Position numbers and translations under genes: made by a program
The notes under the pieces: model-generated
The model's input: only the letters and a program-made list of their open reading frames with translations
What the model was told of the DNA's origin: nothing
Databases searched by the model: none
Part shown: in pieces, positions 13,515-29,067 of the stretch
Layout: every line of letters starts with the position of its first letter
Position numbering within the stretch: position 1 is the stretch's first letter
Assembly (NCBI GenBank): GCA_964016885.1
Contig: OZ024741.1
Span: 233,120,001 to 233,184,000, forward strand
DNA: 64,000 nucleotides
Reading direction: 5' to 3'
DNA from: Eledone cirrhosa
Taxonomy: Eukaryota

Positions 13515-16500
13515 ATGACCTCACTCAGAATAGGCAGCATAAATGCGCGTGGCTTGGGGTCGTCATGGAAGAAGGGCCACCTGCTCAACGACCTCAGGTC
13601 ACTAAACATAGATGTAGTGGCCATCAGCGAGACCAGAATCTCCGAAGCACAGGCTTTCGCACCGATCTTCGGCGGCTACGATGTGTACGCATCTCCCAGC
13701 CGTCCGGGATCGGGGGGAGGAGTTGCTGTGCTTTTTCGGAGAGGTTTGGATCTTGCCATACGGGCCATCTTCCTGGACCCAGAAGGTAAGTTGGTGGTGC
13801 TGGACGTGACCAGCGGAGACGGGCAAGCTTTCAGGTTAGTGGCCGTCTATGCCCCGACAGGAGCAGGGCGGCCTGATTTCTTCCGGCGTCTGGAGACCTT
13901 TCTTGGAACGTCCCGCTCTTTAGTGTTAGTGGGCGACTGGAACGGGATCTTAGATGCACGCTGGGATTGTGTGGGATTAGTGGATAGGGAAGGAGGGTGC
14001 AAGAGTCTCACCAACCTGCTCAGACGTTTTGAACTGTCTGACAGGTACCGAATGGATTTCCCGAATGTACCAATGTGGACTTGGACAAATCGCATAGGGT
14101 CATCCAGATCATATCTAGATAGAGTATTTTGTAGGGAAATAGATAGGTCTAGCATAGGCTGTCCACAATTCAAGATAGTCAGCTACACGGACCACAAATT
14201 CGTGATATGTGTGCTTGACTTAGATAGGCTTCATAGACAAGGACCCGGCTACTGGAAGCTAAACGCGTCCTTACCAGCGCGCAAGGCCTACAGAGACCGG
14301 ATTAGCGAACTAGTTAAGCGGGCGTTGACGGGGGCCATCGTCAACAACAAGTGGTGGTTTGCTCTGAAAAGAGCAATTAGAATAGAGTCCATTAGGTTTA
14401 GTAAGACTTTAGCAATAGAGAAAAATAGAGCAGAGGGAGAATTAGTTAGAAAATTAGATGAGGCGCTTAGCAAAGGCATCGCGACCGACGTACTTGCGGC
14501 GAAATTGGCCCTTGACCAATTCTTCAATGCAAAGCACGAAGGCTGCGTTGTCAGAGCTAGGGTGCGTGCTCTCAGACACGAGGGGACGAAAGCCGTTCAA
14601 TGGGCCCGAGTGGCGGAGACGCGTCGTGGCAACAAAGCCACGATCCGGTCTTTGGTGGACCACGACGGATGCATGCTACTCGATCCCGGGCAAATGTGTG
14701 AAGCTTTTCAGCGACACTTCGCTCAACTGTTCGGGGGCAGTGGCGGGCCGGATCGAGGGATGGACTTTAGTGTCTACCTCGACGGACTGCCGCGGCTTTC
14801 GGCCACTGAGGCGGAGTGTTGCGAAAAGCTGATAACAACCGCTGAAGTACGGGATGCAATGACTAGTTGCACAAGGGGTAAATCGCCTGGTTTGGATGGT
14901 CTGCCCTATGAACTTTACGTACAAATGCCAAACTTGTTCGGAGGCCTCTTGGCGGACGTCTACTGCAACTGGCAACAGAACGGGAGAATTCCCAGCTCTG
15001 TGAGCCGAGGAGCGGTGGCGCTGCTGAGAAAGGATCCGAACAAGGGGGATAACATAGATAATTTTAGGCCCATAACTCTGCTAAACACAGAGTTCAAGAT
15101 TTTGGCCAAGGTGCTAGCAAAGAGGTTGGCGCTTGTCGTTGGTGGTCTGGTGGGAGAGGCACAGACATGCGCCATTCCCGACAGATCCATCCACGACAAC
15201 CTCCACCTCATGCGATACATCGTAGAGAGGGTATCTAAGGAACCTGGCACGGGTGGGTCTTTGATCAATTTAGATCAGTCGAAAGCCTTCGATAGGGTCG
15301 ACCATCTTACCTAGCGGCAGTCCTGAGGGCGGCTGGCTTTGGGCTCCTCTTCAGAGGCTGGATCGCTGCCATGCACAGCGACATCTGCTCTGTAGTGAGA
15401 GTGAACGGTCACCTTTCGGAACCGTTCAACATCATGCGCTCGGTCCGCCAAGGATGTCCCCTCTCGTCCCTATTGTACGTATTGACTCTCGAGCCATTAC
15501 TGCACAAACTGGAGACGTTGAGGGGGGTCCCGCGCGAACTAGGATGCGGAAGATCCGTGTCAGCATATGCCGACGATGTCACCGTAGTGGTGTCGAACGC
15601 CAAACACATCGAGGCGATCGGCACTACACTAAGAGAATACGAAGCGGTGACAGGAGCAATGATCAACCAGGAAAAGTCAGTGGGCCTGCAGCTCGGCACC
15701 TGGAGAGGCAGGTCCATGCCGTCCAACAGCGTCGTCGGACGCTGGACGGACGGACCGGTTAAATTGCTAGGGGTCTGGTTCGGTCCAGACCTCCAGACGG
15801 ACAAAAACTGGGACGAGGTGACGAGCAGGGTGGCTTCTCTCACCCAGAAATGGGCCGAGAGGAAGCTATCCCTGAAAGGTCGAGCGGAGGTGTCGAATGC
15901 GTACATCGCATCCGTCATCTACTACCGCCTGACCGTCGTACCTTGTCCTAAGCCCCGCCTGACTGTGCTGGAGCGTTTGCTCTTTCGCTTCTTGTGGAAG
16001 GGACGCGCTCCGATGGTCAGGCGGTCCATCTGCTGTCAACACCCGCTACGTGGAGGGCTGGGCATGCCGTGGCTGATGATGCGCAGACACGCACTCAGGC
16101 TACGACATCTCCACCTCTTCCTCGACGGTGATCAGGTGTGGTCGCCGTTTGCAAGACACGTTTTTCCCCAGCTCGTCTCCTTGACGGAGCTGCAGTCCTG
16201 GGTCAAGCGAAGACCGAGAGGGAGCGCTTGGAGACTGGAATGTCTTCAGGCGCTCACAGCCCTCGACCAATCGGGCAATGTGATCGGTGGAAACTCCACC
16301 TTGGCGTTCTATAGGGGATTAGTGGAGGGGAAGAGCGACGACGTACTTGGAGAAACTCTAGGCGTCGACGAAAATCAACTAGCCAATCTCTTCGGAAGGA
16401 CTTTCGGGCCGGGGCCTATGGACAACTTCCAGAAATCCCTGGCCTGGCAGTGCTACCGAGGAGCTTTGCCAGTTCGGGATAAACTCTACAGGCATGGAGG

Positions 16501-16933
16501 TGCCGTCAGCCGGGCATGTCCGAGATGCGCGCAGGGCGACGAAACCGTCCTGCACGCACTCGTCCAGTGTCCGAGCATTGCTGACTTGTGGGTTTATGTC
16601 GAACACCTGCTGTCACGTGTAGGACGGATCCAGCTATCAGCTGAGTCCATCGTGAGGATTGCCCCGCCCCCCTCCTTTAGCCTGGAAGGGCAGGCAGTTT
16701 TTATCTGTCTGGTGGCCATGGCGAAAGAGATAGTATGGTGGACACGTTTGAAAGGGCTGAAGACGAGCACTTACCTCTTCGGTGATGCCCTGATTAACTT
16801 TTTCAAATTTCATTTGAAAAGGAAAATCAGGGTAGAGAGGGAAGTGCTCTCTTCCCAGCATTTTGTTGAAAGATGGGTGAGAGAAGCAAGTATGGCCCGA
16901 ATGAATGGGCCTTCTCTGAGTATGTGTCTGTAA
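13515..16933 (+). pseudogene. Tx1 ORF2 (APE endonuclease, RT, C-terminal zf-RVT) with one frameshift near 15305
   Basis: Motifs GSINARGL, AISET, GDWN, YLDR, TDH, LDQSKAFDRVDH, VRQGCPLS, AYADD and CPRCAQGDETVLHALVQC. Confidence 0.93.
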
Positions 16934-17175
16934 ATTAAAGGTGGAAAACTGGGAGAGGGCACTTGCCCTGGTGGTCAGGGCCACTGTGGTCTTTTAATGG
17001 GCTTTCTCCACAAATGTCCCTTGGAAGTCTCCCCCCTATTGGGGAATTTTTCTTTGTTATTTTATTTCAACCTCTGTTTTTTTACACGCAGAAATGCCCA
17101 TTTGTACCGTCCTGTATTGTCCTGTACTGTCCTTAATGTCTACTTTATGTGAACCCTTGTGGTTAATAAAGAAAA

Positions 17176-17231
<56 letters not shown>

Positions 17232-17261
17232 CATATATATATATATGTATTTATTTATATG

Positions 17262-17306
<45 letters not shown>

Positions 17307-17314
17307 TCTTCATA

Positions 17315-17370
<56 letters not shown>

Positions 17371-17734
17371 CTGCGTGTATGTGTGTGTGTGCATACATTA
17401 ACACGCAAAATCGACAATAAATCAATGCCTATAATTGAAGCTATATGTATTTGTATTGGTTCTGGATAAATAATTCATTTTAGATTAATACAAACACACA
17501 TAAATAGGTAAATACACGCAGGCACACATAAAAGCACATTTGCGCACGCGTACTCATTTTTACACTCATACACAATGACATAGGTACATACTTCCATAGA
17601 TACTACGTTTTAAATTCGATGTTAATATATTCTCTATATTTCTTTTCTGCGTTGTTATTGTTAGTGTTATACTTGTTATTACTTAAAATGTTATTTTATA
17701 TTATTTATTTATTTACCTACATGCTAAATATGTC

Positions 17735-18984
17735 CGAGGGGTCCTCAAACGTTTGTGGAGAAAGGACAGTTGGAAAAACCGGTTTAATTTATGATGTTTA
17801 TTTTTCAACATATGCTCCATCTAGGTCCATACACTTCTCCTAGCGTTGATACCAGCCTTTAATTCCATCTTTGTAAAGCTGAGAGCCATGCGATTTAAAC
17901 CATGTCAAAGCAGCTTGTTTTACATCTTCAACTTATGGAAAATGGGTACTTTTCAATTATTTTTTTTAGGTTTGGAAACAAAAAGAAGTCGAATGTGACT
18001 AAAACGGGATTGTAAGCTGGCTGTCGGATGCTTTCCCATCGAAATTCGCATAACACAGCTCGTGTCTACCGAGCGCCGTGAGTGGGCGCATTGTCGTGGT
18101 GGAAGAGGACGAGCCGATGCAGCTTCCTCGGGTGTTTTACCCTGATTTTCTTCGTCAGTTTTCTCAAAAGGCCTTCATAATATGCAGCTGTAATTATTCT
18201 ATTGTTCTCGAGGAAGTCAACCAACAAAGTCCCACAAGACAGTGGCCATATCCTTCACTCTTGAACGCTCCGATTTTGCCTTGACTGACTCACTTCCACC
18301 CCTGGGCAACCACTGCAGCGTTTGAGTTTTGTCCTCGGGATCGTTGTGGTACGGCCACGTTTCATCCCCGGTAACAATTCCCTGCAAAAAAGCTTCAGGG
18401 TCTTCATCACACTTATTCAAAATTTCCATCGAAAGATCTGCCCTTGTTTGCTGCTGATCTGGGCGCAACAGCTTTGGGACCCATCGAGCGAAAAACTTGC
18501 TCAGCCCCACACTCTCCATCAGAATTGCGCCTGCAGAACCCACGGAGATGTTGAGTGTATCGGCTACTGATTCAGTGGTTATTTGCCTATCCCTTTTAAT
18601 TAGGTCGCGAACAGCATCGATGTTTTCCACACATGACCCGCCTCTATGGAGATCCTCTTCAACCCCATCTCTTCCACTTCTAAAACGATTTATCTATTAG
18701 TAGGTTGTTGATTAATTTGGAGCATTGTCCCCATAAACTTGCTCTAGAACGTCAATGGTTTGGCTGCTCTTTCACCCTAGCTTCAACATGAATTTGATAT
18801 TTGTCCTGGCATCAATTTTGATGGTGGCCATGTTACCCGAGCGGGTTGCAACATGCATTTAAGGGTTCATGTTAGAACATGTTATAATACGTTAGTACGA
18901 GAATGCACAGCTACATTGAGGTCGAAATTCCTGCATATGACTTTTAACTATACTCTTTTCCACAAACATTTTGAAGCCCTCTCG
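17735..18984 (-). mobile_element. Mariner transposon (irritans/Hsmar2-like) with decayed transposase
   Basis: Imperfect ~30-bp TIRs (CGAGGGGTCCTCAAACGTTTGTGGA and CGAGAGGGCTTCAAAATGTTTGTGGA) with TA on the right flank. Transposase starts MATIKIDARTNIKFMLKLG at 18831 and contains ARWVPKLL and IVTGDETW. Confidence 0.92.
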
Positions 18985-19359
18985 TATAGAAACTGTTCAA
19001 GAGGATGGGATGTCGTAATGACATCTGTCGTACCTTGGGTATTTAAAATCTGTACGATTCAACACCGCCCCCCCCCCCCCCCCCCCCGCCACCGGACTGA
19101 AAAAGTCTATTTCTTCCAAATAAAGAAGGGTAAATAAGTAAAACTTTTAGAGGAAGAATCGAGTCCAGTACTGGAGAGATACTTTTTTTTATTATCGACT
19201 ACAAAATGAAGTAATCTAAAGTCGGCATCGGTGAGATTTGAGCTCGGAGCGCAGACATCAGGAAAGTTTATCCATTTTATTCAATACATGTTAACGACTC
19301 ACCTCCCATTTCCAAAAGGAAATAATGTTACAAATATTTCTTGATCAGCCATCGAACAT

Positions 19360-20200
19360 TCACCAAAAGCTACGTCTCCCCGTCCTAAACAAATCACCTC
19401 CCACTCTTCCTCTTTCTCCGCCTCACGCTTCTCCTTCTCCCTCTCATCCTTCTCCTCATCTTGCTTATTGTATCTTCGTCATTCTCATCCTTCTCGTACA
19501 TCTCCTCCTCCTCCGTCCCCCCCTATCATCTATCTCGACCTTCTCCTCACTACCATCTCATCCACCTCTTTCTTCTACTCCATACTTTCTGCTTCATCTC
19601 ACTACCACCACCTACCCACATTTTTTTCTTGTCAATCTCCTTCTTTTCCTCCTTCCCACATTCTGTTCCTTCTCATCCTCCACCTCTTTCTCCTTCTCTT
19701 CCTTCTCCTTCTACAACCCTCTTTACACTCACTCTATGATTGTTATGTCTCCACACAATTACCACCGACACTAACAGCCTCACTACTATTTCATCCCCAA
19801 CAAGAAAACCAATATCACTACCACCACCACAATCACCCCCACTACAACGACCACCACCACCACCACTACTACCACCCACACCACTACCACCACTACAACA
19901 ACAACAACACAATAACCAATGCTGCAAACAGAACCCCCACTTACCCGCTCACACACTACACCATGACTAACACTAACACCACCTCCACCGCCAATACTCC
20001 AACTACCAATACCTCTACCCTCTACTCCCGCTGATAATACTAAATTTACATACACATACACTCCCTTACCACCTCCACTACTGCATTACCTCGACCATCA
20101 CCACCAACTTTAAGTCCGCATACCCTCCAGTGAGACACTCTCTCACTACTACCATTACAACGTCCACCACTACCACTGTCATCAGAACCAGTACTTCAAC
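19360..20200. repeat. Low-complexity CT-rich tract followed by a degenerate (CAC)n/(CAA)n tract
   Basis: Composition read directly from the sequence. Confidence 0.8.
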
Positions 20201-20426
20201 CCCCACCCACACACACGCACATACAAAAAAAATAGAGAGAGAGAAAGAGAAAGAGAAAGAAAAAGAGACATACACTTTGACACACACATACACACATAAA
20301 TAAAGACACACATACAAAAACGTGTTAATACACACACACGCACGTGCACACACACACACATATATATATGTATGTATATATATATAAATATGAGAATAAA
20401 CGTGCTGCCTGGTTGCTAATGGGTTA

Positions 20427-20900
20427 CATATGAATAAAGTTAGTCCTTCATCAGTGATCTTCCAACCGTCATTGGTATTTCATCGCTTTAAAGACCATAT
20501 ACCTCCGGTTGGTGCGAGCAACGGCTAAAAAAAAGTCGTTGGGACACGTAAATAAAGGGGACACGAGAGTGTAAACAAACAAAGATGGTGAAGCAACGAA
20601 AAATGAGGAAGAAGGAGTCAAGTCCCAAATTTCCATGAATATAAGTTCGGTGAAATCGTGAACGAGAGAGAATAAAGACCATCAAACCTGGTTGGAATGT
20701 AAGCAAGGAAGGAATTCCGTACATGTCTAACGGGAGGAAGAAGGGATCTAGTCTGTGAATTAGGTGAACGTAAGTTCTGTGAAATCGTAGACGAGAGAGA
20801 GAAAAAAAAAGGGAACCTGCCTGACCAAGGGTGCGAAAGAAAAGAATTACGCACAGGTCAAACGGGAAGAAGGAGGAGGAGGAGAGGTAGTAACAGAGAG
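20427..20900. repeat. Unclassified interspersed repeat (second copy at 53128-53460) with an internal diverged ~130-bp duplication
   Basis: ATGAATAAAGTTAGTCCTTCATCAGTGATCTTCC through GGGATCTAGTCTGTGA is shared with 53128-53452. The block GTGAAATCGT..ACGAGAGAGA..AACGGGA occurs twice. Confidence 0.8.
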
Positions 20901-20904
20901 TATG

Positions 20905-20990
<86 letters not shown>

Positions 20991-20991
<1 letters not shown>

Positions 20992-21821
20992 AGTGGCGGA
21001 CTGGGTCTAAAAATATTGATTTCTTATATAGGCACAAGGCCAGTGATTTTGGGGGAGGGAAAAGTCGATTAAATCGACCCCATGAGGATGAAAGGCAAAG
21101 TTAACCTCGGCGGGATTTGAACTCAGATCATAAAGGGCCGTAACTCTTTGCTGCAAAGCATGGCGTCCGACTCCCTACCGATACTGCCAATCCATAGCCC
21201 TCACTGGGTCTAAAAATATTGTTTTCCAGATGAAGGGAATCCACCTACATATAGAATGCTATAAAAATATGCTAAAAATACATAAGTGGAAACAAAACAG
21301 TGCAATCAAATGTTTGCCTTCACAATAAAAAATATTATTTATTTTGCGAAATTCAGAGACTTTCAATAATGACCAGAAGTCCACCCTAAATATTACTAAT
21401 AGCTCTAGGAAAGCCATGAACGAGACCACATCATTTTAACTTTAATTTTGAAAGTAGGTTTATAATTATCAATTTTCATTATACTTTTGTAGCTGTCCCG
21501 GTGGTTCACTTGGAGGAATCTTAGACGGTGTAATTCTGGTCTGAAGTTCGATTCTCGTTGAGAGTAGGGTTCCCGGGAGACCTTTTCAGTTGTTTTTTTT
21601 AAACTGAATATTCATACTTTAAAAATTTACAAAACAAAGTGTTGTGGCGTCGTTCATGTCTTTCTTAATGTTATTGCTCCTACTTAAGGTCGACTTCTAA
21701 ATCATTTGGGTGTTCCATAAACTACATCCTCGTTTTGTTTCACATCTATCTATACTATATTTTAACCTGTAATGCATGTTTCATTTCTGTTCCACCTGTT
21801 TTCTCCCCCCCCCCATCCGCT

Positions 21822-21860
<39 letters not shown>

Positions 21861-21867
21861 CTCTCTC

Positions 21868-21914
<47 letters not shown>

Positions 21915-22335
21915 GTGATATTTGAATCTACTATGATTTGGGCTTACTTTATTCATATATATGTTTTTGCATGTCAGATTCAAACTTACAATGATTGTCA
22001 TTATATATATATATATATATTATTTGTTTGCTAAAAAAAAATCAAATTAAATTAAATTCAACAGTTAAACACACACAGAAATAATAAGATTGCTACCAAA
22101 GGGCCAGAAGATTGACAAGTCGACCCTAAATATTACTAATAGCTCTAGGAAAGCCATGAACGAAACCACATCTTTTTAACTTTGATTTTGAAAGTAGGTT
22201 TATAATTATCAGTTTTCACTATATTTTTGTAGCTGTCTTGGTGGCCTAGTTGGAGGAATCTTAGACTGTGGTGATCCTGGTCTGAAGTTCGATTCTGGTT
22301 GGGAGTAGGGTTCCCGGTAAACTTTTTCAGTTTTT
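20991..22335 (+). mobile_element. Non-autonomous DNA transposon, hAT/Tip100-like terminus CAGTGGCGGACTGGGTCTAAAAA, carrying tRNA-like modules
   Basis: Inverted homologues end at 28982 and 30395. The internal block 21372-21590 is duplicated at 22097-22335. Confidence 0.65.
21019..21200 (-). mobile_element. tRNA-headed octopus-type SINE with 19-bp TSD
   Basis: B-box GAGTTCAAATCC on the minus strand. ACTGGGTCTAAAAATATTG is duplicated at 21000-21018 and 21203-21221. Confidence 0.88.
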
Positions 22336-22344
22336 CTCTATTGG

Positions 22345-22460
22345 TCGGAGCTCAGCCATCGGGGTCCTGACTATTTTCCTATTACCCACTCTACTACACT
22401 AAATATTGAGTACTCTGGTGCGTTATGGTCCACCTGGTATCTTACCACACCCTCTTTGTT
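22345..22460 (+). mobile_element. Solo 3' end (pseudo-LTR piece) of the PLE family at 25.7-27.7 kb
   Basis: CCCACTCTACTAC..TATTGAGTACTCTGGTGCGTTATGGTCCACCTGG is shared with 27590-27690 and 32200-32300. Ends in (TA)n. Confidence 0.8.
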
Positions 22461-22537
22461 ATATATATATATATATATATATATAAGTACATCTGTGTCT
22501 CTGTGAGTATATGAATGTATGTCTATATGTATGTATG

Positions 22538-23392
22538 TTCTGGTTTTATAATTTCACAATTGTATGCCAATAGAGAGAGAGTCGGTTTCTAACATAGATA
22601 CAAGACTCTCTCATTGGATTTTACACAACTTCAACGAGGTAGATGTCTGCATGCATGCATGTGTGTGTAGGTATGGACGTTAACGTATGTGTGGATGTGT
22701 ATGTTTTGAGTTGTATGTGTGCATGTGCATTTGCTTTGTATCTGTACATGTGTATATGCAGTTATTCGATGCAAAATGTTTAGAATGTTTTACATATTTT
22801 TACTGTTCCATTAATGGAGTGTACTTGTAATTTTCTAACTATTGTGTTCTTTCTGTTCCTGTGAAGCCTAGCTTCTCAAGATTTTTATTGAGGCAGTTAC
22901 TAACATAATCCAGTGCCCTAATAATCACAGGTATAAATCTGAAGGTATAGTCAGGGTGGAGTATCTGCAGATTTCTCATTAGTTCTGCATAGATATTCTC
23001 CTTTTCGCTAATCTTTGATATTATATTGGCATCTGCTGGGCAGCTAATTTCCACTACTGTGCATGCCTTTTTTTCCCTGTTCCATATCATAATATCTGGT
23101 CTGTTATGCCTGCATTTTATTGAGGTTTTTACTGGAACATTCCACCAGTCTCTTTAATATTATGTATATGGATGTCTTCTACATTGCTGTAGTTTTTAAT
23201 ATGTTTATTATCGGGGCTATCTTTTCTAAGGATTGCATCCTACAGTGTTTTGGCCACTACATCATGACTCATAGTTAGATAGTACAGCGATGACATCTTT
23301 GGGCAGCTACTGATGACATGGGTGATATCTTCTATGTTAATTCTGCAGAGTCTGCACTCGTTGTCACATCTAGGTGTTTTGCCTGCATCCCT
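22538..23392 (-). mobile_element. 5'-truncated R4/Dong family C copy (CCHC knuckle, RLE, 3' UTR) between (TATG)n tracts
   Basis: Motifs CRLCRINIEDITHVISSC and HNRPDIMIWNREKKACTVVEISCP..KENIYAEL. TATG repeats at about 22526-22537 and 23393-23430. Confidence 0.85.
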
Positions 23393-23561
23393 ATGTATGT
23401 ATGTATGGATGGATGTATGTATGTATGTATAATACTTTCGTCAAAACATTTGTAGGCACTTTCAAAGGGGAAGTACTCAATTCTAGACATGGGGAATTAC
23501 ATACAATCGACATTTACATGTAGATGTGCCCGGGTTTCAGTGTGTGCAGAGAAAGGGGGCA

Positions 23562-23725
<164 letters not shown>

Positions 23726-23795
23726 TGGTAGCTAAGATGCTTCCATAGGCGGTATGCCGGTTGGGCACTCTATGCTCTTACAGAGCAGAGTATGA

Positions 23796-24071
23796 TAGAA
23801 TAGAAAACGAAAAATCAGTGATGCATATGAACTCAATTTATTGTGTGTTACAATTGTTTCGCCGGCGGACAGCTCGAGACGCGATCATTGTGTGGTTCTG
23901 TTTGATTCTGGACCCGCAGGTTCGACGGACACGTCTAATGATTTCGAACCTGCGCGTCCAGAATCAGACAGATCCACACAGTGATCGCGTCTCGAGCTGT
24001 CCGCCGGCGAAACAATTGTAACACAATAAATTGAGTTCAGATGCATCACTGATTTTTCGTTTTCTATTCTA
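23796..24071. repeat. Inverted repeat, ~130-bp arms, short loop, right arm abutting (TA)n; probable fold-back PLE pseudo-LTR
   Basis: TAGAATAGAAAACGAAAAATCAGTGATGCAT...GCAGGTTCGA pairs with TCGAACCTGC...ATGCATCACTGATTTTTCGTTTTCTATTCTA. The right arm contains GAAACAATTGTA followed by AATAAA. Confidence 0.85.
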
Positions 24072-24073
24072 TA

Positions 24074-24109
<36 letters not shown>

Positions 24110-24135
24110 TGTATGTATGTATGTATGTATGTATA

Positions 24136-25115
<980 letters not shown>

Positions 25116-25267
25116 TTATGTCTGGCCTGACAGTAAATTAAAAATAAAACTAGTATTTTATTTCTCGCAAAAGTAAGTATGTATACGTACACACATACAC
25201 CCCACCACACTCACACACACATCCACACACACACATATATATATATATGTGTGTGTGTGTGTGCATT

Positions 25268-25352
<85 letters not shown>

Positions 25353-25394
25353 GTATGTCTCTCTCTCTATATATATATATATATAAATATATAT

Positions 25395-25702
25395 TAGAAA
25401 GTGAGGGGTTTTTTACAAAATGAAAAATAACCGAGGTGTCCTACACGAGTGAAAGTATAAAGAAAAAGAGATGAAATCGAAAATGCAACTGGAGTCTTAT
25501 TTTTTTAAGAAATATATATATTTATTTGGTTCCTTTACCGGTTTCGCAGTTCTTCTGCTTTTCAAAAGGTGAGTTGAGATGGAGGGTCTGTGGTTTTTCT
25601 CAGATGTGAGAAAAACCACAGACCCTCCATCTCAACTCGCAGAAGAACTGCGAAACCGGTAAAGGAACAAAATAAATATATATATTTCTTTAAAAAATAA
25701 GA
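25395..25702. mobile_element. Second fold-back copy of the same pseudo-LTR, in the opposite overall orientation
   Basis: 25395-25600 is the reverse complement of 24822-25028. It is followed by a sense partial arm that lacks ACCTTTTGAAAA. Confidence 0.85.
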
Positions 25703-27863
<2,161 letters not shown>

Positions 27864-27885
27864 GGACATATGTACGTATGGGTTA

Positions 27886-28227
27886 TATCGAACATTAATA
27901 ATAATAATGTATTCGTTTGCAAGGAAACGGCCCGATAAAGCTGTGCTGGGCCGATGACCAATCTTCATATGTTTGTTCAACACTGGCATCGAGAAACAAT
28001 CAACATGTTTCTGGGTCATTAGAATCAAATATTATTATTAATGTTCGATAAAAAAAACATACATATACACATACACACATATACATATACATATGTACGT
28101 AAGGGTTTTATCGAACATTAATAATAATATTCGATTCTAATAACACAGAAATATGTTGATTGTTCCTCGATACCAGTGTTGGACAAACGGATGACAATTG
28201 GTCATCGTCACAGCACAGCTTTATCGG
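27886..28227. repeat. MITE-like ~165-bp element with TIR TATCGAACATTAATAATAAT, followed by an inverted partial copy
   Basis: TIRs at about 27886-27905 and 28031-28050. 28110-28227 is a diverged reverse complement of 27932-28050. Confidence 0.65.
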
Positions 28228-28587
28228 TAGCATTCCAAGAACCTACAGTAGCTTTGCAGGGCCCACTGTAGTGTTTTAGGGGCCAATGATTTGCTTTCAA
28301 AAAATACCTGAGATCTAAGAGAAAGAATAAAATTCTTTTTTAAAATAAATAAAACAATTAAGCAAAGCATTTGGTCAGCCAATTCCCTAGGGAATTACTA
28401 GAAACCAAAATTTGTTTACAGTATTCTTTCTGCGTTTGTTAATATTATAGCTTTAAAGAATTAGCTTTTAGTGAACTCCCTTTTCTTTAAATCCTTCAAC
28501 CAATGACCTCAACCCATCCCAATCTCTACCCTCTCTTACCACCAGAAAAGAAAAGATATAAATACCTCCACTTACTTGGACAGCCAT

Positions 28588-28624
28588 CTTGCTGATGATT
28601 TCTCACGAATGAAACAGTTCTAGT
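28588..28624 (+). ncRNA. Hammerhead-like motif in a probable PLE 3' end (about 28300-28720) ending at (TA)n
   Basis: CUUG-CUGAUGA-uUUCucacGAAu-GAAA-CAGU-UC-UAG. The core is intact but the stems are weak. Confidence 0.55.
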
Positions 28625-28759
28625 CCTGCAGAAGCTCTTCTATATTAAAACTTGTATACTCTGCTATGTATTGAGTATCTTACTTACTGTGGTTACCTCC
28701 GATTCAACCCGGAATAACTTATATATATATATTTTTTTTTTTTTTTAATGAGCGTGAAA

Positions 28760-28982
28760 GACCAAAGTTCATTATTGAAAGTCCCTGGATTTCGCAAAAT
28801 ACATATTTTTATTCGAGAAGGTAAGTTATTTTTCCGCAAAATTTTGATTGCACTGTTTTATTTCCACTTATGTATTTATTGAAAATGTTATTTATTCATT
28901 ATAAAAATTAAATGATAGCATTCTATATGTAGGTGAGCCCCCTTCATCTTGCAACCAAATTTTTAGACCTAGTCCGCCACTG
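28760..28982 (-). mobile_element. Inverted terminal piece of the hAT-like element
   Basis: Ends TTTTTAGACCTAGTCCGCCACTG. Reverse-complement homology to 20991-21380 without the SINE. Confidence 0.75.
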
Positions 28983-29067
28983 AATATATATATATATATA
29001 AAAACAAGCAAATTATAAATGTAAACATGTAAGTATGTTTTTGAAAAGGTGCGCGAGTTTGAAAATT

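Larger units (their letters stand above)
11278..17176 (+). mobile_element. Full-length Tx1-clade (L1 group) LINE, family A, embedded in (TTA)n
   Basis: Two ORFs: a gag-like ORF1 and an APE-RT ORF2. Ends ...CCCTTGTGGTTAATAAAGAAAAC followed by (ATT)n. (TAT)n lies immediately 5'. Confidence 0.93.

Noticed and set aside
12670-15310. Programmed frameshifting in Tx1 ORF1/ORF2
   Set aside because: Single-base indels in repetitive or arbitrary contexts are better explained by mutation or sequencing error. No slippery site with a downstream structure was seen.
13602-16984. Multiple antisense and alternate-frame ORFs over the Tx1 and Dong elements
   Set aside because: Shadow ORFs of GC-richer coding sequence with no independent motifs.
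20440-20490. Minus-strand CUGAUGA as a hammerhead (also at about 53147)
   Set aside because: No downstream stem II or GAAA in register, and a permuted fold does not pair.
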